A DNA stretch of 63,989 nt, filler included, from 7 parts of 7 records of this genome joined end to end with filler, not necessarily neighbours in it; one strand, 5' to 3'. Numbered from the whole stretch's first letter, positions 40,401 to 50,035 are shown. Made by a program: numbers and translations. The notes: a model not told the origin generated them from the letters alone.

Positions 40401-40670
40401 AAAGTATTTTGCTATCCTAATCCGACAAATGGCAATAATACGAATATTCGATACACATTGACAAGTTTGGCTGATCGCGTAACCATACGTATTTATGATC
40501 TTGCCGGTGAATTTGTCGAAGAATTACAACATGCCGGCATGGATGCGGGCGATCATGAAACAGTGTGGGACATTTCTGCTATCGAAAGCGGTGTTTATAT
40601 CGCAAGAGTAGAAGCTGATAATGGTTCAGATAGTAACGTTGAATTTATAAAGATTGCAGTGGTTAAATGA
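37479..40670 (+). CDS. Secreted M6 (immune inhibitor A)-like protein with FG-GAP-like repeats and T9SS-type C-terminal domain
   Basis: Signal peptide; VFHAG, LGMPNLYD, WGLMDQGS, EYFLIENR and GILIWHID motifs; DINSDG/DIDTDG repeats; C-terminal YPNP...IYDLAG...SGVYIARV. Confidence 0.8.
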   Translation: MKKYLYVLSGFVLMLSFPAFAKTSSLTKSPIYPKKTFTHVTTVDPLNVRANYFNPTLAATKSETDTIRVLALRVEFESDNLATTTGDGRFNKSETSDFLIDRPPHNKSYFENQLLALKNYFKRISKGQLILDSSVFPLGENDAYQLPQNIVYYSGQGDEELQKKGWAELLRDAINAAMNDEDPGFSQYDVLVVFHAGVGSDFAFDFDPTPFDIQSAFIDFETLRETLAENDASYPGIPAGPDFYIKEGIILPETQNQEDQDLAMLGTMTLLMGSQLGMPNLYDTESGNAGIGRWGLMDQGSFNFQGLISAEPDAWTKVFMGWEDPVLVTSGENLAIGINQSMSPHIYKIPISSHEYFLIENRQTDWNGDGITIGRDENGKRAEFDSTGTIAVEEGIGVITSIDEYDFGIPGSGILIWHIDEQVIADNLQTNTINNNRDHRGVDLVECDGAQDLGYSYNLFSAGFGTESGDYFDPYWRGNESHKIVNDTDVVELSPFSIPNSNAHNGAITHIRFYNFSGRDSVMTFSVASDLAQDGFPQYAGTGFSSGALLSINQNETNGSAIFAASKNGRILAWKGDGSRLIENNEKVTIQDATGKDITYDLALFATTTDSIYLPLTSEDINSDGSIDLIALDNGGTLYIWTTKDADADGRADLVQELDLGARPTAGPMILSPDYTSLQSSSIIVGLENGSVQVYRWNTNKLELFTNIETNAGVITGLAGIPQDYADLVATTNNNIFAIAAAGTILWQTGISPAGLTTQPLVAHIDNYQGPHIVVISNGGDILTFSDDGHLLENYHVTAPFESLSAPGWGDIDTDGLPEILLSLGNSFSAFELTGVPTSNFPVPFALPEDLNPSQTGAPLLFKSDEMTNPTVFVPTPDGLIRSYNLNAVSLSGFPLTTSKQITTTPILSNIDADNHVELTVLSEDGFLYAWDLPYSSDNINDYWTHWGGRITRTFDYSGSVAQVTSTGTLLPTSKVFCYPNPTNGNNTNIRYTLTSLADRVTIRIYDLAGEFVEELQHAGMDAGDHETVWDISAIESGVYIARVEADNGSDSNVEFIKIAVVK

Positions 40671-40716
40671 GGAATCAATGAAAACATTCACGTTAAGATT
40701 AAATTTTATATTTTTT

Positions 40717-40816
40717 NNNNNNNNNNNNNNNNNNNNNNNNNNNNNNNNNNNNNNNNNNNNTTAATTAATTAANNNNNNNNNNNNNNNNNNNNNNNNNNNN
40801 NNNNNNNNNNNNNNNN
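40717..40816. other. Artificial contig linker
   Basis: N-run/TTAATTAATTAA/N-run. Confidence 0.97.
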
Positions 40817-40984
40817 GATATGGAGCCATCCGAGCAGACGCTGGAAGAGGACGAGATATTGGAGGTTCACCCCCTGCCCATTGCTCAGGTAGTGGATATG
40901 ATCAAAGAGGGGCAGATTCAGGATGCCAAAACCATCTCAGCAATATTTCTGACGCTATCAAAACGGTTTGAGATGTCGTTTTAG
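40817..40984 (+). CDS. NUDIX hydrolase C-terminus (ADP-ribose pyrophosphatase-like, partial)
   Basis: QTLEEDEILEV...MIKEGQIQDAKT. Confidence 0.7.
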   Translation, partial: DMEPSEQTLEEDEILEVHPLPIAQVVDMIKEGQIQDAKTISAIFLTLSKRFEMSF

Positions 40985-41934
40985 ACGGCAGTTAGGCCAG
41001 CATAGATATCTCTGATCTCGGTCTGATCGAAATCGTAGCAGGTATTGCAGTTGTGGCATCTGATCTGCACAGGAAACGGACCGTTCTCTGCAAGGTCCTG
41101 TACATCATTGAATTCGAGCATGGCGATCATATTGCGGATCTGCTCTCTTTTGCAGTGGCACAGGAACTCAATGCCTCGTGAATCGAGTATTCTCGGCGCC
41201 ATCATTTTAAAATTACGTCCGAGCCACGCTTCGGGAAAAGCCTCTTCATGAACCTCATGCCCTATGGACGGCAACGCCTTTACCGCCTCTTCAATCTTCA
41301 GCAACACATCATCATCGGCACCGGGCAGTGCTTGAAGAAATAGCCCTCCGGCACCGGTCACCTCTCCATCTTTGTCAAACGCAATGCTCAGCGAAAAGGA
41401 TGTCGCTATCTGTTCTGAGGTGAGATGGTATAATGCCAGATCTTTGGCCAGAGTACCGTACTCCATCATCACCTTGCCGGTAAAAGGGTGTTTTGCATCT
41501 TCAAGGTATTTGGTCACCGATAAAAAACCAGCTCCGAAAAAAGGCGACAGGTTAAAATCCTCCAACGGCTTCTCGATGGGAATGGGAACCTGTTTCAAAT
41601 AGCCGCGCACCTCGCCAAACGCATTGGATTCCACGCTGAGCCCCTTGATGGGCCCTGAGCACTCCACCCCAATAGCGATGCGATCGTTGCCTTTCAGATT
41701 GGCACTCATCAGCGCAGCCGCCAGGTAGGCGTGGCCCAGCGCGAGCGTCTCCAGGATGCCCAACTCGTGATTCCAGCGCATCTCATTGACCATTCGGGTG
41801 CCGTTGACAATGACGCCCCGGATCTGGTCGTCGGCCATCATGAAATTGTGCAGGCGATCTCGGGTGCTTGCCAGCAACTGTTCTTTAAGGGTCTCCCGTA
41901 TAACTTCTTCTTCTCCATATTCTACTTCTCGCAA
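40981..41934 (-). CDS. hslO: Hsp33 redox-regulated chaperone
   Basis: GEVRGY, SEQIAT, AGGLFLQALPGA and the Zn motif CHC...CHNC. Confidence 0.92.
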   Translation of the reverse strand: MREVEYGEEEVIRETLKEQLLASTRDRLHNFMMADDQIRGVIVNGTRMVNEMRWNHELGILETLALGHAYLAAALMSANLKGNDRIAIGVECSGPIKGLSVESNAFGEVRGYLKQVPIPIEKPLEDFNLSPFFGAGFLSVTKYLEDAKHPFTGKVMMEYGTLAKDLALYHLTSEQIATSFSLSIAFDKDGEVTGAGGLFLQALPGADDDVLLKIEEAVKALPSIGHEVHEEAFPEAWLGRNFKMMAPRILDSRGIEFLCHCKREQIRNMIAMLEFNDVQDLAENGPFPVQIRCHNCNTCYDFDQTEIRDIYAGLTAV

Positions 41935-41997
41935 TAGCGTTACAAATCTTCTTCATTAAAGCAGAGCCGCCTCGAAACGGCTCTCATGCGTGACAAG

Positions 41998-43080
41998 TTA
42001 CTTCCCAAACTCAATAGAACCCGGATAGATCACCAGCCGGTCTCCCGGATGTAATGTTTTATCCACTCCGATTCGATTCCAGATCAGCACCGCCGCCAGC
42101 GGCACACCGAACTTTTCTGCGATGGTGGATAACGAATCGCCGTTCTGCACCACGTAGATCCGATGGCTGCGCTCTTTGCTGTAAGCCATGACGAGGGCAT
42201 CGAATCTTTTCTTGAAGCCCGATGCGCCGCCCTGGGGTACCCGCAACTGGTGATGTCCGGCCCTGAGATAGTGCCCCCTGATGTGCGGATTAAGATCTTT
42301 AATCTCTTTAAAATAGGCGTTGGATGCGTCAGCCACCAGGCGAAGCGGGGTCTCCTCAAAACAATCCACCGCCACCGTATCAAACACGACAGGGGCGTAA
42401 AAGTCCCCGGTAGCAAGTTTAAAACCATATGCCTCGGGATCACTGACAATCAGTTTAACGGCGAGCATTCGGAAGATGAAACGCTGGGTTTCCAATGGCA
42501 GATAGAGCTGGTAGTAATCGTTGGTCTTCTGCTCGAGCATCTCCGCTTCCAGCCCCTCTTCGCCCATGTTGTAGGCGGCAAGTGCAAGGGTCCAGGAGGA
42601 AAATTTTTCGTATAAATCTTTCAGATACGCTATGGCCGCCGGCGTCGAAAGGAAAATATCCCGTCGCTGGTCCACGAACTGGTCCACTTTCAGCCCGTAG
42701 TTACGAGCAGTCGTGGGCATCAGTTGCCAGAATCCGATGGCCCCTTTGGATGATCCGGCATGCGGTCTTAGAGCGCTCTCAATGATGGCAAGATACTTGA
42801 TGTCATCCGGCAGACCCTCATGTACAAGCGTTTGAGAGATGAACGGCAGGTAGCGGGTAGTGCGCTTTAGCCAGAGCAATACCTGCGGGCGGTCAAAGAG
42901 CGTCAGCAACATCTCCTTTTCAAAGCGCTCTCGCACCTGGACCTGATCGAACGGTACGCTTTCACCGCACAAGGACAAGCTCTCGGGAGGACGGGCAGAG
43001 GCAGCTGTCACCGTTGCCTGCGCATGCAACGGCGCAAGTATCAGCATAAAACAAAGGGTGAGCATGTATTGCATCCTCAT
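41998..43080 (-). CDS. Lytic transglycosylase (SLT) with LysM domain, MltD-like
   Basis: LAIIESAL, GFWQLM..TA, AAYNMG, LPLETQ and a C-terminal LysM (YVVQNGDSLSTIA). Confidence 0.9.
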   Translation of the reverse strand: MRMQYMLTLCFMLILAPLHAQATVTAASARPPESLSLCGESVPFDQVQVRERFEKEMLLTLFDRPQVLLWLKRTTRYLPFISQTLVHEGLPDDIKYLAIIESALRPHAGSSKGAIGFWQLMPTTARNYGLKVDQFVDQRRDIFLSTPAAIAYLKDLYEKFSSWTLALAAYNMGEEGLEAEMLEQKTNDYYQLYLPLETQRFIFRMLAVKLIVSDPEAYGFKLATGDFYAPVVFDTVAVDCFEETPLRLVADASNAYFKEIKDLNPHIRGHYLRAGHHQLRVPQGGASGFKKRFDALVMAYSKERSHRIYVVQNGDSLSTIAEKFGVPLAAVLIWNRIGVDKTLHPGDRLVIYPGSIEFGK

Positions 43081-43105
43081 CTTCACTTGGCCTCCCGTCT
43101 CCTCT

Positions 43106-43547
43106 TCATGAAATTGAAGACAAACCATCAGTTGAAGCAGTAAGTTTGCTTTTGGTTGTCAAATATCGACCGGCCTCCTCCAGACAGCGCCGGGCCTGAC
43201 CGCTTGTGGGCAGGTTCTCCAGCCGCATGGCAGCTTCCGATGCTTGTTGGGCCGACTCTTTGCGCGTGATAAGGACCAGTCGGTACCAATAGGGCAAATC
43301 GTGGTTGTGCAGATCGATCAGTCTCATCATCTGACGGCGCAGCTCCTTCAAGCGCTTCTTTCCCATGGATGCCTTGGGCGATGCATTCTTCGGCCGGAAG
43401 CAGTCCGAGCAGGTGCCCCAACTGCTTAAGCAACGTTTGTTTGATTCGTCGGTAGCGGACGATGGGAAGGACCCAGAAACGAATGATGATGTAGCCGCAG
43501 GCACCTGCTACGAAGCTGAACAGGGCCGCCCAGTAGATGGGATCCAT
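43106..43547 (-). CDS. Hypothetical membrane-anchored protein (frameshift joins two ORFs)
   Basis: The N-terminal TM of ORF 43128-43547 and the helical C-terminus of ORF 43106-43504 appear to form one gene. Confidence 0.5.
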
Positions 43548-43607
43548 TAATGACTCCTTCTCCCTATCTGCAGTCGCCCACCGGAAATGGCCGTTCCTGT
43601 AGAAAAA

Positions 43608-44581
43608 TCAATCTTCATTCCGGCACCATTGGGCATCTTTTGCAAAAAATTGTTCAACCAGATCGCGATAGTGATCCGCCTTTTGGGTTTTGCGGATCTT
43701 TTTTAGGATATGGGCGCCGTTTTCAAAAGATTGAGAAAAATATCCCCAGTAGCCTTTCATCGCATCGACAAGATGGGCCGGCCCCTGCCGAATTTCCGCA
43801 AAACGTTCAAACAGGGTGTCGTGAAATCTCTTGAAGTGAGCCACCCTGTCAAAATCGTCCGGCATATCCCCTTTAATTTCTACAGGCAAAAAGGGATTTG
43901 CAATCAGCCCTCTGCCGATCATCCATGTTTCGATGGTCGGAAATCGTCTTCTCAACGCCTCAAACATCTGTCGGCTTGTGATATCTCCGTTGTAGACGAC
44001 CGGGCAGCGACTCAACCCCAGGCACTTCTCAAAGCTGTCCAGATCGACATCGCCGGTATACATCTGCTCTCCTGTGCGTGGATGCAGGATCAGTTCTTTG
44101 ACCGGGTAGCAGTTGAACACCGGCAGCAGGGCAAAAATCTCTTCAGGCTCATTTCTACCCAATCGCAGCTTGATGCTGATACGGTTAGGTGCTTGTGTGC
44201 ACACCGATTCCAAAAAAGCGTCGATGAGGTCAGGATGCGGCAGCAGGCCTGAGCCTCGCTGCTTCTTGGCCACCCGCGGAAAGGGGCACCCCAGATTCCA
44301 GTTGACCGTTTCGTATCCAAGATCGTATAGCGCCTTGGCCAGAGTTATGAAGTTGTCGCTGCGCTTGCAGAGAATCTGCGGGACCACAGGGATGTGCAAG
44401 TTGTTTTCCGGCAACACATCCTTTAGTTGGCTCGGCTTGATGCGAGATCCCTGGACGGTTGTTAAAAAAGGGGTGACAGCCCAATCGATACCACTGAAAT
44501 ACGCGCCGTATGTGTTTCGAAAACGGCCGCGGTCAACCCTCTCAAAGGCGCCATGCAGAGTTGAAATTGAACCACATCCAT
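43608..44581 (-). CDS. tRNA-dihydrouridine synthase family protein (frameshift near 5' end)
   Basis: MAPLRGLT, NLGCP, GSGLL, ILHPR, YNGDI and MIGRG motifs. Confidence 0.9.
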
Positions 44582-44590
44582 CGCTATTGG

Positions 44591-45034
44591 CTAGCTGAAC
44601 TGCGCTTGCAACGCCGCAGCCCGTTTTTTGGCGGCGTTGATGCGGTCATTCAGCAACGTCTTGATTTTAAACCAATTCAACTCAGATCTGGAGATAAACC
44701 CACACAGCGGTGCATCCTTCTCCAAGGCCTGGCCCATGCGCTGAAGCGTGGTCGCTTCCAAACGGCCGGCATGGGCGTAAAGGGCTAAATTGTTGCCGGT
44801 TCCTGCCACCAGTTCCGGAGAGAGTGCAACGGTCAATTTGGTGGTGCCGGCGCCGCCCACCTCTTTGGTAAGAACACGCCCCACTTCGTTGCCGTTAAAA
44901 TAGATAGCGTCTTCATAAATATTGACCATGCCATCGAACAACACCGCATATCCTTCCTGCTTGCCTTGGGGGGCACATCCAGCGGCAAATGCCACAATCA
45001 AGAGGGCCACGAAGAGCCCGACCCGCAAACGCAT
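44591..45034 (-). CDS. Lipoprotein, MlaD-like
   Basis: Lipobox AAG-C, followed by YAVLFD...IYFNGNEVGRV. Confidence 0.55.
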   Translation of the reverse strand: MRLRVGLFVALLIVAFAAGCAPQGKQEGYAVLFDGMVNIYEDAIYFNGNEVGRVLTKEVGGAGTTKLTVALSPELVAGTGNNLALYAHAGRLEATTLQRMGQALEKDAPLCGFISRSELNWFKIKTLLNDRINAAKKRAAALQAQFS

Positions 45035-45303
45035 AACGCCTCCTTTTAACGCATCCTCTCCAACCAGCTGAACCGTTGGACCAAACGCCCTGCTCTTATA
45101 TCTGCGCAACCTTCCAATGCAGGGCTAATACACCTTCGAAGCTGGTCCAAATACCATATGAGGCGCTAACCTGGCAAGTAAAAGACTGAGGGCCTGCGGA
45201 ACCTTGTGGTTCCCTTGGGAGGTATCGGGATACACCGTCCCCTCTCATTTTCCATTCCTGAACAGGGCATCGGTGCGTTTAAGGGCGCAACTCACACTCT
45301 TTT

Positions 45304-46530
45304 TTAAAGGACCATACAATCGGTGACCAGTTCCCATAAATATTTGACGGTCAAATCCGGCATGCCGTGGACCTCTTTAATGCTGTTGAGCTGACCGTGG
45401 CAGCTATGGCAAGGGACCACCACCATGTTCGCGCCGGTGGCACGGATCTGTTCTATTTTGCGTTGCCCGTATTGGATACGCTCATCGTTGTAGCCGGTGG
45501 TCAGAGCGCCGCCTTCCCCGCCGCAGCAGATCTGCTGCTCCCGATTGGGATATAGATCGACCCAATTGGTGAGGCACTGATCCATTATCCAGCGCGGTTC
45601 TTCAAAAATTCCATGTCCAAAAAGCTTCTGGGCACGCCGCCCGTAGTTGCAGGGGTCGTGATAGGTGGCCGGCCCGGAGATGCGCTCCCGGTCCAGTTTT
45701 ATGCGTCCGTTTTTTATGTAACGCATCAGCAGGTCGAAAACCGTTACGGTTTCAAACTCATCAAGCGCTTCGGGATACCATCTCTGCAGGGCCCAACGGG
45801 TCGCCAGATAGGCGTGCCCTCATTCAGGCCACAGCAGTGTCTGCGCCCTTAAGCGGCGCATGTTCTCAACGATCCTCCCGGCCATCACCTTCATGGCATC
45901 GTCGTCGCCGGTGAAATATCCCCAACTGGTGCCCTCCCAGTTATCTGAAGCGACGGTCCAATCCTCTTTGGCCGCATGGAAAATCTTCCACCAGGGCTTC
46001 AAATCCTCGGTGTGGGTGTTGACCAGTTTATTGTGAATCGTGGTTAGAATGCCGGCACCCTCCTTGTCGATGGGCACGTGGAACCCTTCAAAACCGGGCT
46101 CTTCTGCAATCTCTTCACCGACATCTTCCAATATGAAGACAAAGTCATCTTTTGGCAGGGCCAGATTGTTCCCGGTGCGTAATGCATTGGCCAATCCGTC
46201 CTGTAGTATACCGGGGATCTTTTCCCGATCGACCAAGGATCGGATCCGTCGGGTCATGTCAGCGATATCGATCGACATGGGACAAAGCTGCTCGCACTTT
46301 CCGCACATGGTGCACACCCACGGCCAGCGACTCCGGGCGACTTCCTCCGCCAAACCGATGGAGACCATTCGAACCAGCTTGCGCGGATCGAAGTCGTCGG
46401 TACCGGCTACCGGGCAGGCACCCGAACAGATGGCACAGGTGAGGCATATGTCCTGGGAAAAGGGCCAGGATCGAAAAAGTTCGCGCTGCTGTGGATCGAT
46501 GCCTCTGCTTTCGGCGGTCTGCTTCTCCAT
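45304..46530 (-). CDS. HdrD/GlpC-like Fe-S oxidoreductase with in-frame UGA (probable selenocysteine)
   Basis: Two CxxCxxCxxxCP motifs, then LLWPE-TGA-GHAYLATRW, continuing in frame into the CCG domain (YHDPC, CCGG, PCHSC). Confidence 0.85.
45781..45819 (-). promoter_or_regulatory. Candidate bacterial SECIS element
   Basis: After the UGA: UCUG-GCGA-CCC-GUU-GGG-CCCUG-CAGA, with the apical loop starting with G ~22 nt downstream. Confidence 0.55.
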
Positions 46531-46586
46531 GTGGGTTTCTCCCTGCTCCGTTTTATGTCGCGGTCGATTGGGCCTCAGCCCCGCCC

Positions 46587-47818
46587 TTATCCAGGAAGAG
46601 CTTGGCCCAAGTCTTTTATCTTCTTTGAGAACGCATCGGTTTGCTGCATAAATGCATGCGTCATGTTGGACGCAAGGGTTGAGTAGAGAATGCGCTTATC
46701 TGAAATGCCTGCGAAGGAGAGCGATCGTGCGGCCTCCAAAACCCGCTTGTGGGCGAATTGTGTGCCACTTTCGGAGTGACAGTTCCCTTCGTGGCATGTA
46801 AGGACCATCACGCCGTCTGCGCCGGCATCGAAGCTGCGGAGCAAATCGCTGACCGAGAGCGTACTACCGCAAAATCCTTCGACAAAAACCATTCCCGGGG
46901 GCAAACGGTATCCCATGCATAGAGCCATCCTGCGAGCCTGGGATGCTGAGCGGCGGCAGCAGAATGCGATGATTTTAGTCATATTCCCATTTGTTTGCTC
47001 CGATCCAATCCCTTGCTCAAACAGGTCAGTCAGCGTCCGGCTGAATTGTCCGTCATCAATGTGAATGGCCCGGTTCGGGCAACCCGCCCGGCAAAGCCCG
47101 CAGGACTGGCAAGCAGCGGGATGGATATCCATTCTTGGCGACATATCGATGGCGCCATATGGGCAAAGGCGGTAGCATGTTAAACAGCGGGCGCAGGCGG
47201 ATTGGTCTATTTTGACTTCAGGCTCGACTTCAGGTTCAACCTTACCCGTTAGTTCCGGATCTGAACCTGAGGATGGGGCTGATGCGACGTTGATATTCAG
47301 AGCTGACAAGAAGTCAATCACTTTCAAAGAGACCAATTTGGCCTCGGACGCCATCTCTGCGGAGGATATGAAATCCCTTCCGGCACCTGCCACGAAAATC
47401 CCCCGCCTGTTGGTCTCATTACTGAGTCGGCGAACATTGTCCTGTTGCAGAAATCCGGTCGGGTCCGACTGGAGTCGCAACGCTTTGCCGACTTCGTTTA
47501 AAAAAGGGTCGACACTGAGGGATTCGTCGACAATTACACCATCGGCTGTCATGTGAAACTTACTGCGGGTCACCTCGTCATAGTAGTCCATCCTGACCCT
47601 GCCATCGGAGAGCGTCTTTAAAGACGGGAATCTCCCGCTTGCCCTCAAAAAGAGGGTCCCCGACGCCTTGGCCTCCTGAAACACCTGTTCCATGCCGCTG
47701 GTCGAGACCTTTAAATTTCCGGTAACAAAATGCGTTTGTATCGTTGCGATTTGTTGTAACTTCAAGCATAGCTTGAGCATCCGGGCAGCAACTAACGGAT
47801 GCGCATCCTGTTGCCATC
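46587..47818 (-). CDS. HdrA-like/ferredoxin/MvhD fusion (5' truncated)
   Basis: ETNRRGIFVAG, CARCLTCYRLCP, CQSCGLCRAGCP, IIAFCC and GADGVMVLTCHEGNCH motifs. Confidence 0.85.
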
Positions 47819-47918
47819 NNNNNNNNNNNNNNNNNNNNNNNNNNNNNNNNNNNNNNNNNNNNTTAATTAATTAANNNNNNNNNNNNNNNNNNNNNNNNNN
47901 NNNNNNNNNNNNNNNNNN
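47819..47918. other. Artificial contig linker
   Basis: N-run/TTAATTAATTAA/N-run. Confidence 0.97.
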
Positions 47919-47971
47919 AGAGCGGTTGGTTCGCAATCAACAGGTCGTCGGTTCGACCCCGATCAGCTCCA
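47919..47971 (+). tRNA. tRNA-Ala(CGC), 5' truncated
   Basis: Anticodon arm GTTGG-TTCGCAA-TCAAC, T arm GTCGG-TTCGACC-CCGAT, and a 3' acceptor CAGCTCCA. Confidence 0.85.
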
Positions 47972-48109
47972 CAAAACTGTGGATCTGCGGCGATTAGGTA
48001 TCGCTGCAGATCTTACAGTTTTGTGTGCTGAGTTTCCAAAGGAAACTTAGTGCACAATCAATCAATATAGGCTCAATGATCAGCAAGGCTGATCGTATGA
48101 GCCTTTTTT
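47971..48109. repeat. Three consecutive hairpins downstream of tRNA, last one terminator-like
   Basis: ACAAAACTGT.GATCTGCGGCGAT/ATCGCTGCAGATC..ACAGTTTTGT; TGAGTTTCC/GGAAACTTA; AGGCTCA..GATCAGC/GCTGATC..TGAGCCT followed by a T-run. Confidence 0.6.
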
Positions 48110-48122
48110 ATTAAAAAATAAA

Positions 48123-49172
48123 TTACTTGGTCTTAAATTTCCACAAAACAGGCTCGAGGTTTTCACCTAAACTAGATTTGAGTAGGCAGTCATGTTTATT
48201 ACTACCTAAGCCTACTTGGTAACCTCTATTTGCTTCAAGTCTTTTTGGCAAATCAATGACCAGAGTTTTACTGTCTTTCCACTTTGCATTTTTCCAGCAG
48301 ATTTCCTTGCAATCTGCGATAACACATATTTGACTATTCATAGGTATATCGAACTTAACAACAAGCTCTTCGATATTTGGATTGATTTTCGTAGCTCCGT
48401 TTTCTGGAGTAAATGAAATTATATTAGGGGGCTTTAAGTTGGGATTGTCTTTGATCTTCGTGTATTCAGTGTCAATATAGGCAAGCCATTCTTTTTCGAC
48501 TGCAGGTTTGTTCTTTCCTGTTAGTTTTTTCAGACTTTTGTTTAAATTCTTGGTTTCGCCAATATCTTTAAAGAGTGATTTAAGACCAGTTTTGCCATAA
48601 TTATCAATGATGTAGTATATGAATGTGGTTCCTACGTCATATGCGGTAAAGTCCCTTTTTCCAGAGGTTAGCTCTATTGAATCCCATGGACCAAAATACT
48701 CAGACCACTTTTCAACTTGGTTAAATGAGATTCCGCGACCGCTTTTTGTCTTATAGGCGCTTTGAATTGAAGAGAGTCTGTACTCATCTTCTTTTTCAAT
48801 AGCTCTTGCTCCCAAGATAGAGGCCCAGCCTTCATCAATAAACCGAAAGTTCTCTGTATTGCTAATCCCGTCTGTCATCTGGCCCAGCACAACGTGTGAT
48901 CCTTCATGTGCTAAAAGCAAGTCCTTATGCTCTTTAGAGTTTAAACCAAGGAAAACTGTTTTTGATTCTGGGTCGAATCCTGACGATCCGTCATCAATAT
49001 ATTTTACCGTGATTTTATCGGTCATGTTCTCTCCATAGAATTGGTAGAGAAATTGGGCTATATCATCATGTTCTTTTAGTATGTTACCTGACTCATCAAC
49101 GAAATGATGTTTTTGATTTGAACAGGATGAAAATATTATTAGTAAAAGAAATATATATAATGTTTTTTTCAT
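48123..49172 (-). CDS. Lipoprotein gluzincin (peptidase MA-like) with C-terminal Ig-like domain
   Basis: Lipobox FSS-C, LAHEGSH...FIDEGWA, and P.NGA...VKFD.PM. Confidence 0.7.
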   Translation of the reverse strand: MKKTLYIFLLLIIFSSCSNQKHHFVDESGNILKEHDDIAQFLYQFYGENMTDKITVKYIDDGSSGFDPESKTVFLGLNSKEHKDLLLAHEGSHVVLGQMTDGISNTENFRFIDEGWASILGARAIEKEDEYRLSSIQSAYKTKSGRGISFNQVEKWSEYFGPWDSIELTSGKRDFTAYDVGTTFIYYIIDNYGKTGLKSLFKDIGETKNLNKSLKKLTGKNKPAVEKEWLAYIDTEYTKIKDNPNLKPPNIISFTPENGATKINPNIEELVVKFDIPMNSQICVIADCKEICWKNAKWKDSKTLVIDLPKRLEANRGYQVGLGSNKHDCLLKSSLGENLEPVLWKFKTK

Positions 49173-49291
49173 AGATCAGTCGTATCAGAATAGTTGACAT
49201 TGAGCAAGTTCTCAAGGTAGGGATTAATAACATCGCTTAAAATTTGAGTTTTATGCTAGGTGTATAGATAATGGTTGATTTGGGAGCTGTT

Positions 49292-49780
49292 ATGAAAATC
49301 AGGGAAGCAAAAAGAGGAGATGTTTCGAAGATATACAGTTTGATTAAATACTATAACAATAAAGCCCCGTGTATTGTTGGAAAGATTAGCGAGAATCGTA
49401 TTTTAGATTCGTTAGATAAATTTTGGGTCTTGGAAGTTGATAACAGAGTAGTTGGTTGTGCAAGACTTAAGAAATCAGATTTCGTAAGTTATTATGAGAT
49501 TAATTCAATGTGTATAGAAGAAGGTCTTTGTCAAAAGGGGTATGGTTCAAAATTTGTTGAGGAGTTAAAATCAAAAACAGGTGGAGTAGGCATTTTTGTG
49601 GAATCTGTAGAACCTGTTACAGCTTTTTACAAAAAACAAGGTTTCGATATTGTTGCAAGTATTCCAGATATTTTCTACGGCAAGGTCAAAACCGAATTTG
49701 GTGATCTTGTTAAATATATGTCGACAAGATGCTTGAAAATCCCAGACAAGTGCCCTGCATATATAATGCTATGTAAGTAG
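49292..49780 (+). CDS. GNAT N-acetyltransferase
   Basis: MKIREA, VVGCARL, QKGYGS and AFYKKQGF motifs. Confidence 0.85.
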   Translation: MKIREAKRGDVSKIYSLIKYYNNKAPCIVGKISENRILDSLDKFWVLEVDNRVVGCARLKKSDFVSYYEINSMCIEEGLCQKGYGSKFVEELKSKTGGVGIFVESVEPVTAFYKKQGFDIVASIPDIFYGKVKTEFGDLVKYMSTRCLKIPDKCPAYIMLCK

Positions 49781-50023
49781 CTACGCAATAATTCTTAATG
49801 CAAAATATGGAATCAGATTAAATAGAAATATCGCCATTTTGTAGAATGCCATGGCTGCGTAATTAATTGTGTGAAACTTTTCTTCTGATATTTTGAATAG
49901 CTTGTTGTGGATCTTGAATGCAAAATTGCCGGCTAAAACAAAAAATATAAACCAGATGATAAGCAGCCCAAGGTTAATCACTGAACACCATGCAAAAAAA
50001 CTACGGATAATTTCAAGCGTCAT
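49781..50023 (-). CDS. Small membrane protein (DUF6868-like)
   Basis: FFAWCSVINLGLL...H.KLF...Y..MAFYKM.IFLFNL.PY.AL. Confidence 0.7.
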   Translation of the reverse strand: MTLEIIRSFFAWCSVINLGLLIIWFIFFVLAGNFAFKIHNKLFKISEEKFHTINYAAMAFYKMAIFLFNLIPYFALRIIA

Positions 50024-50035
50024 AACGCCTCCTTT

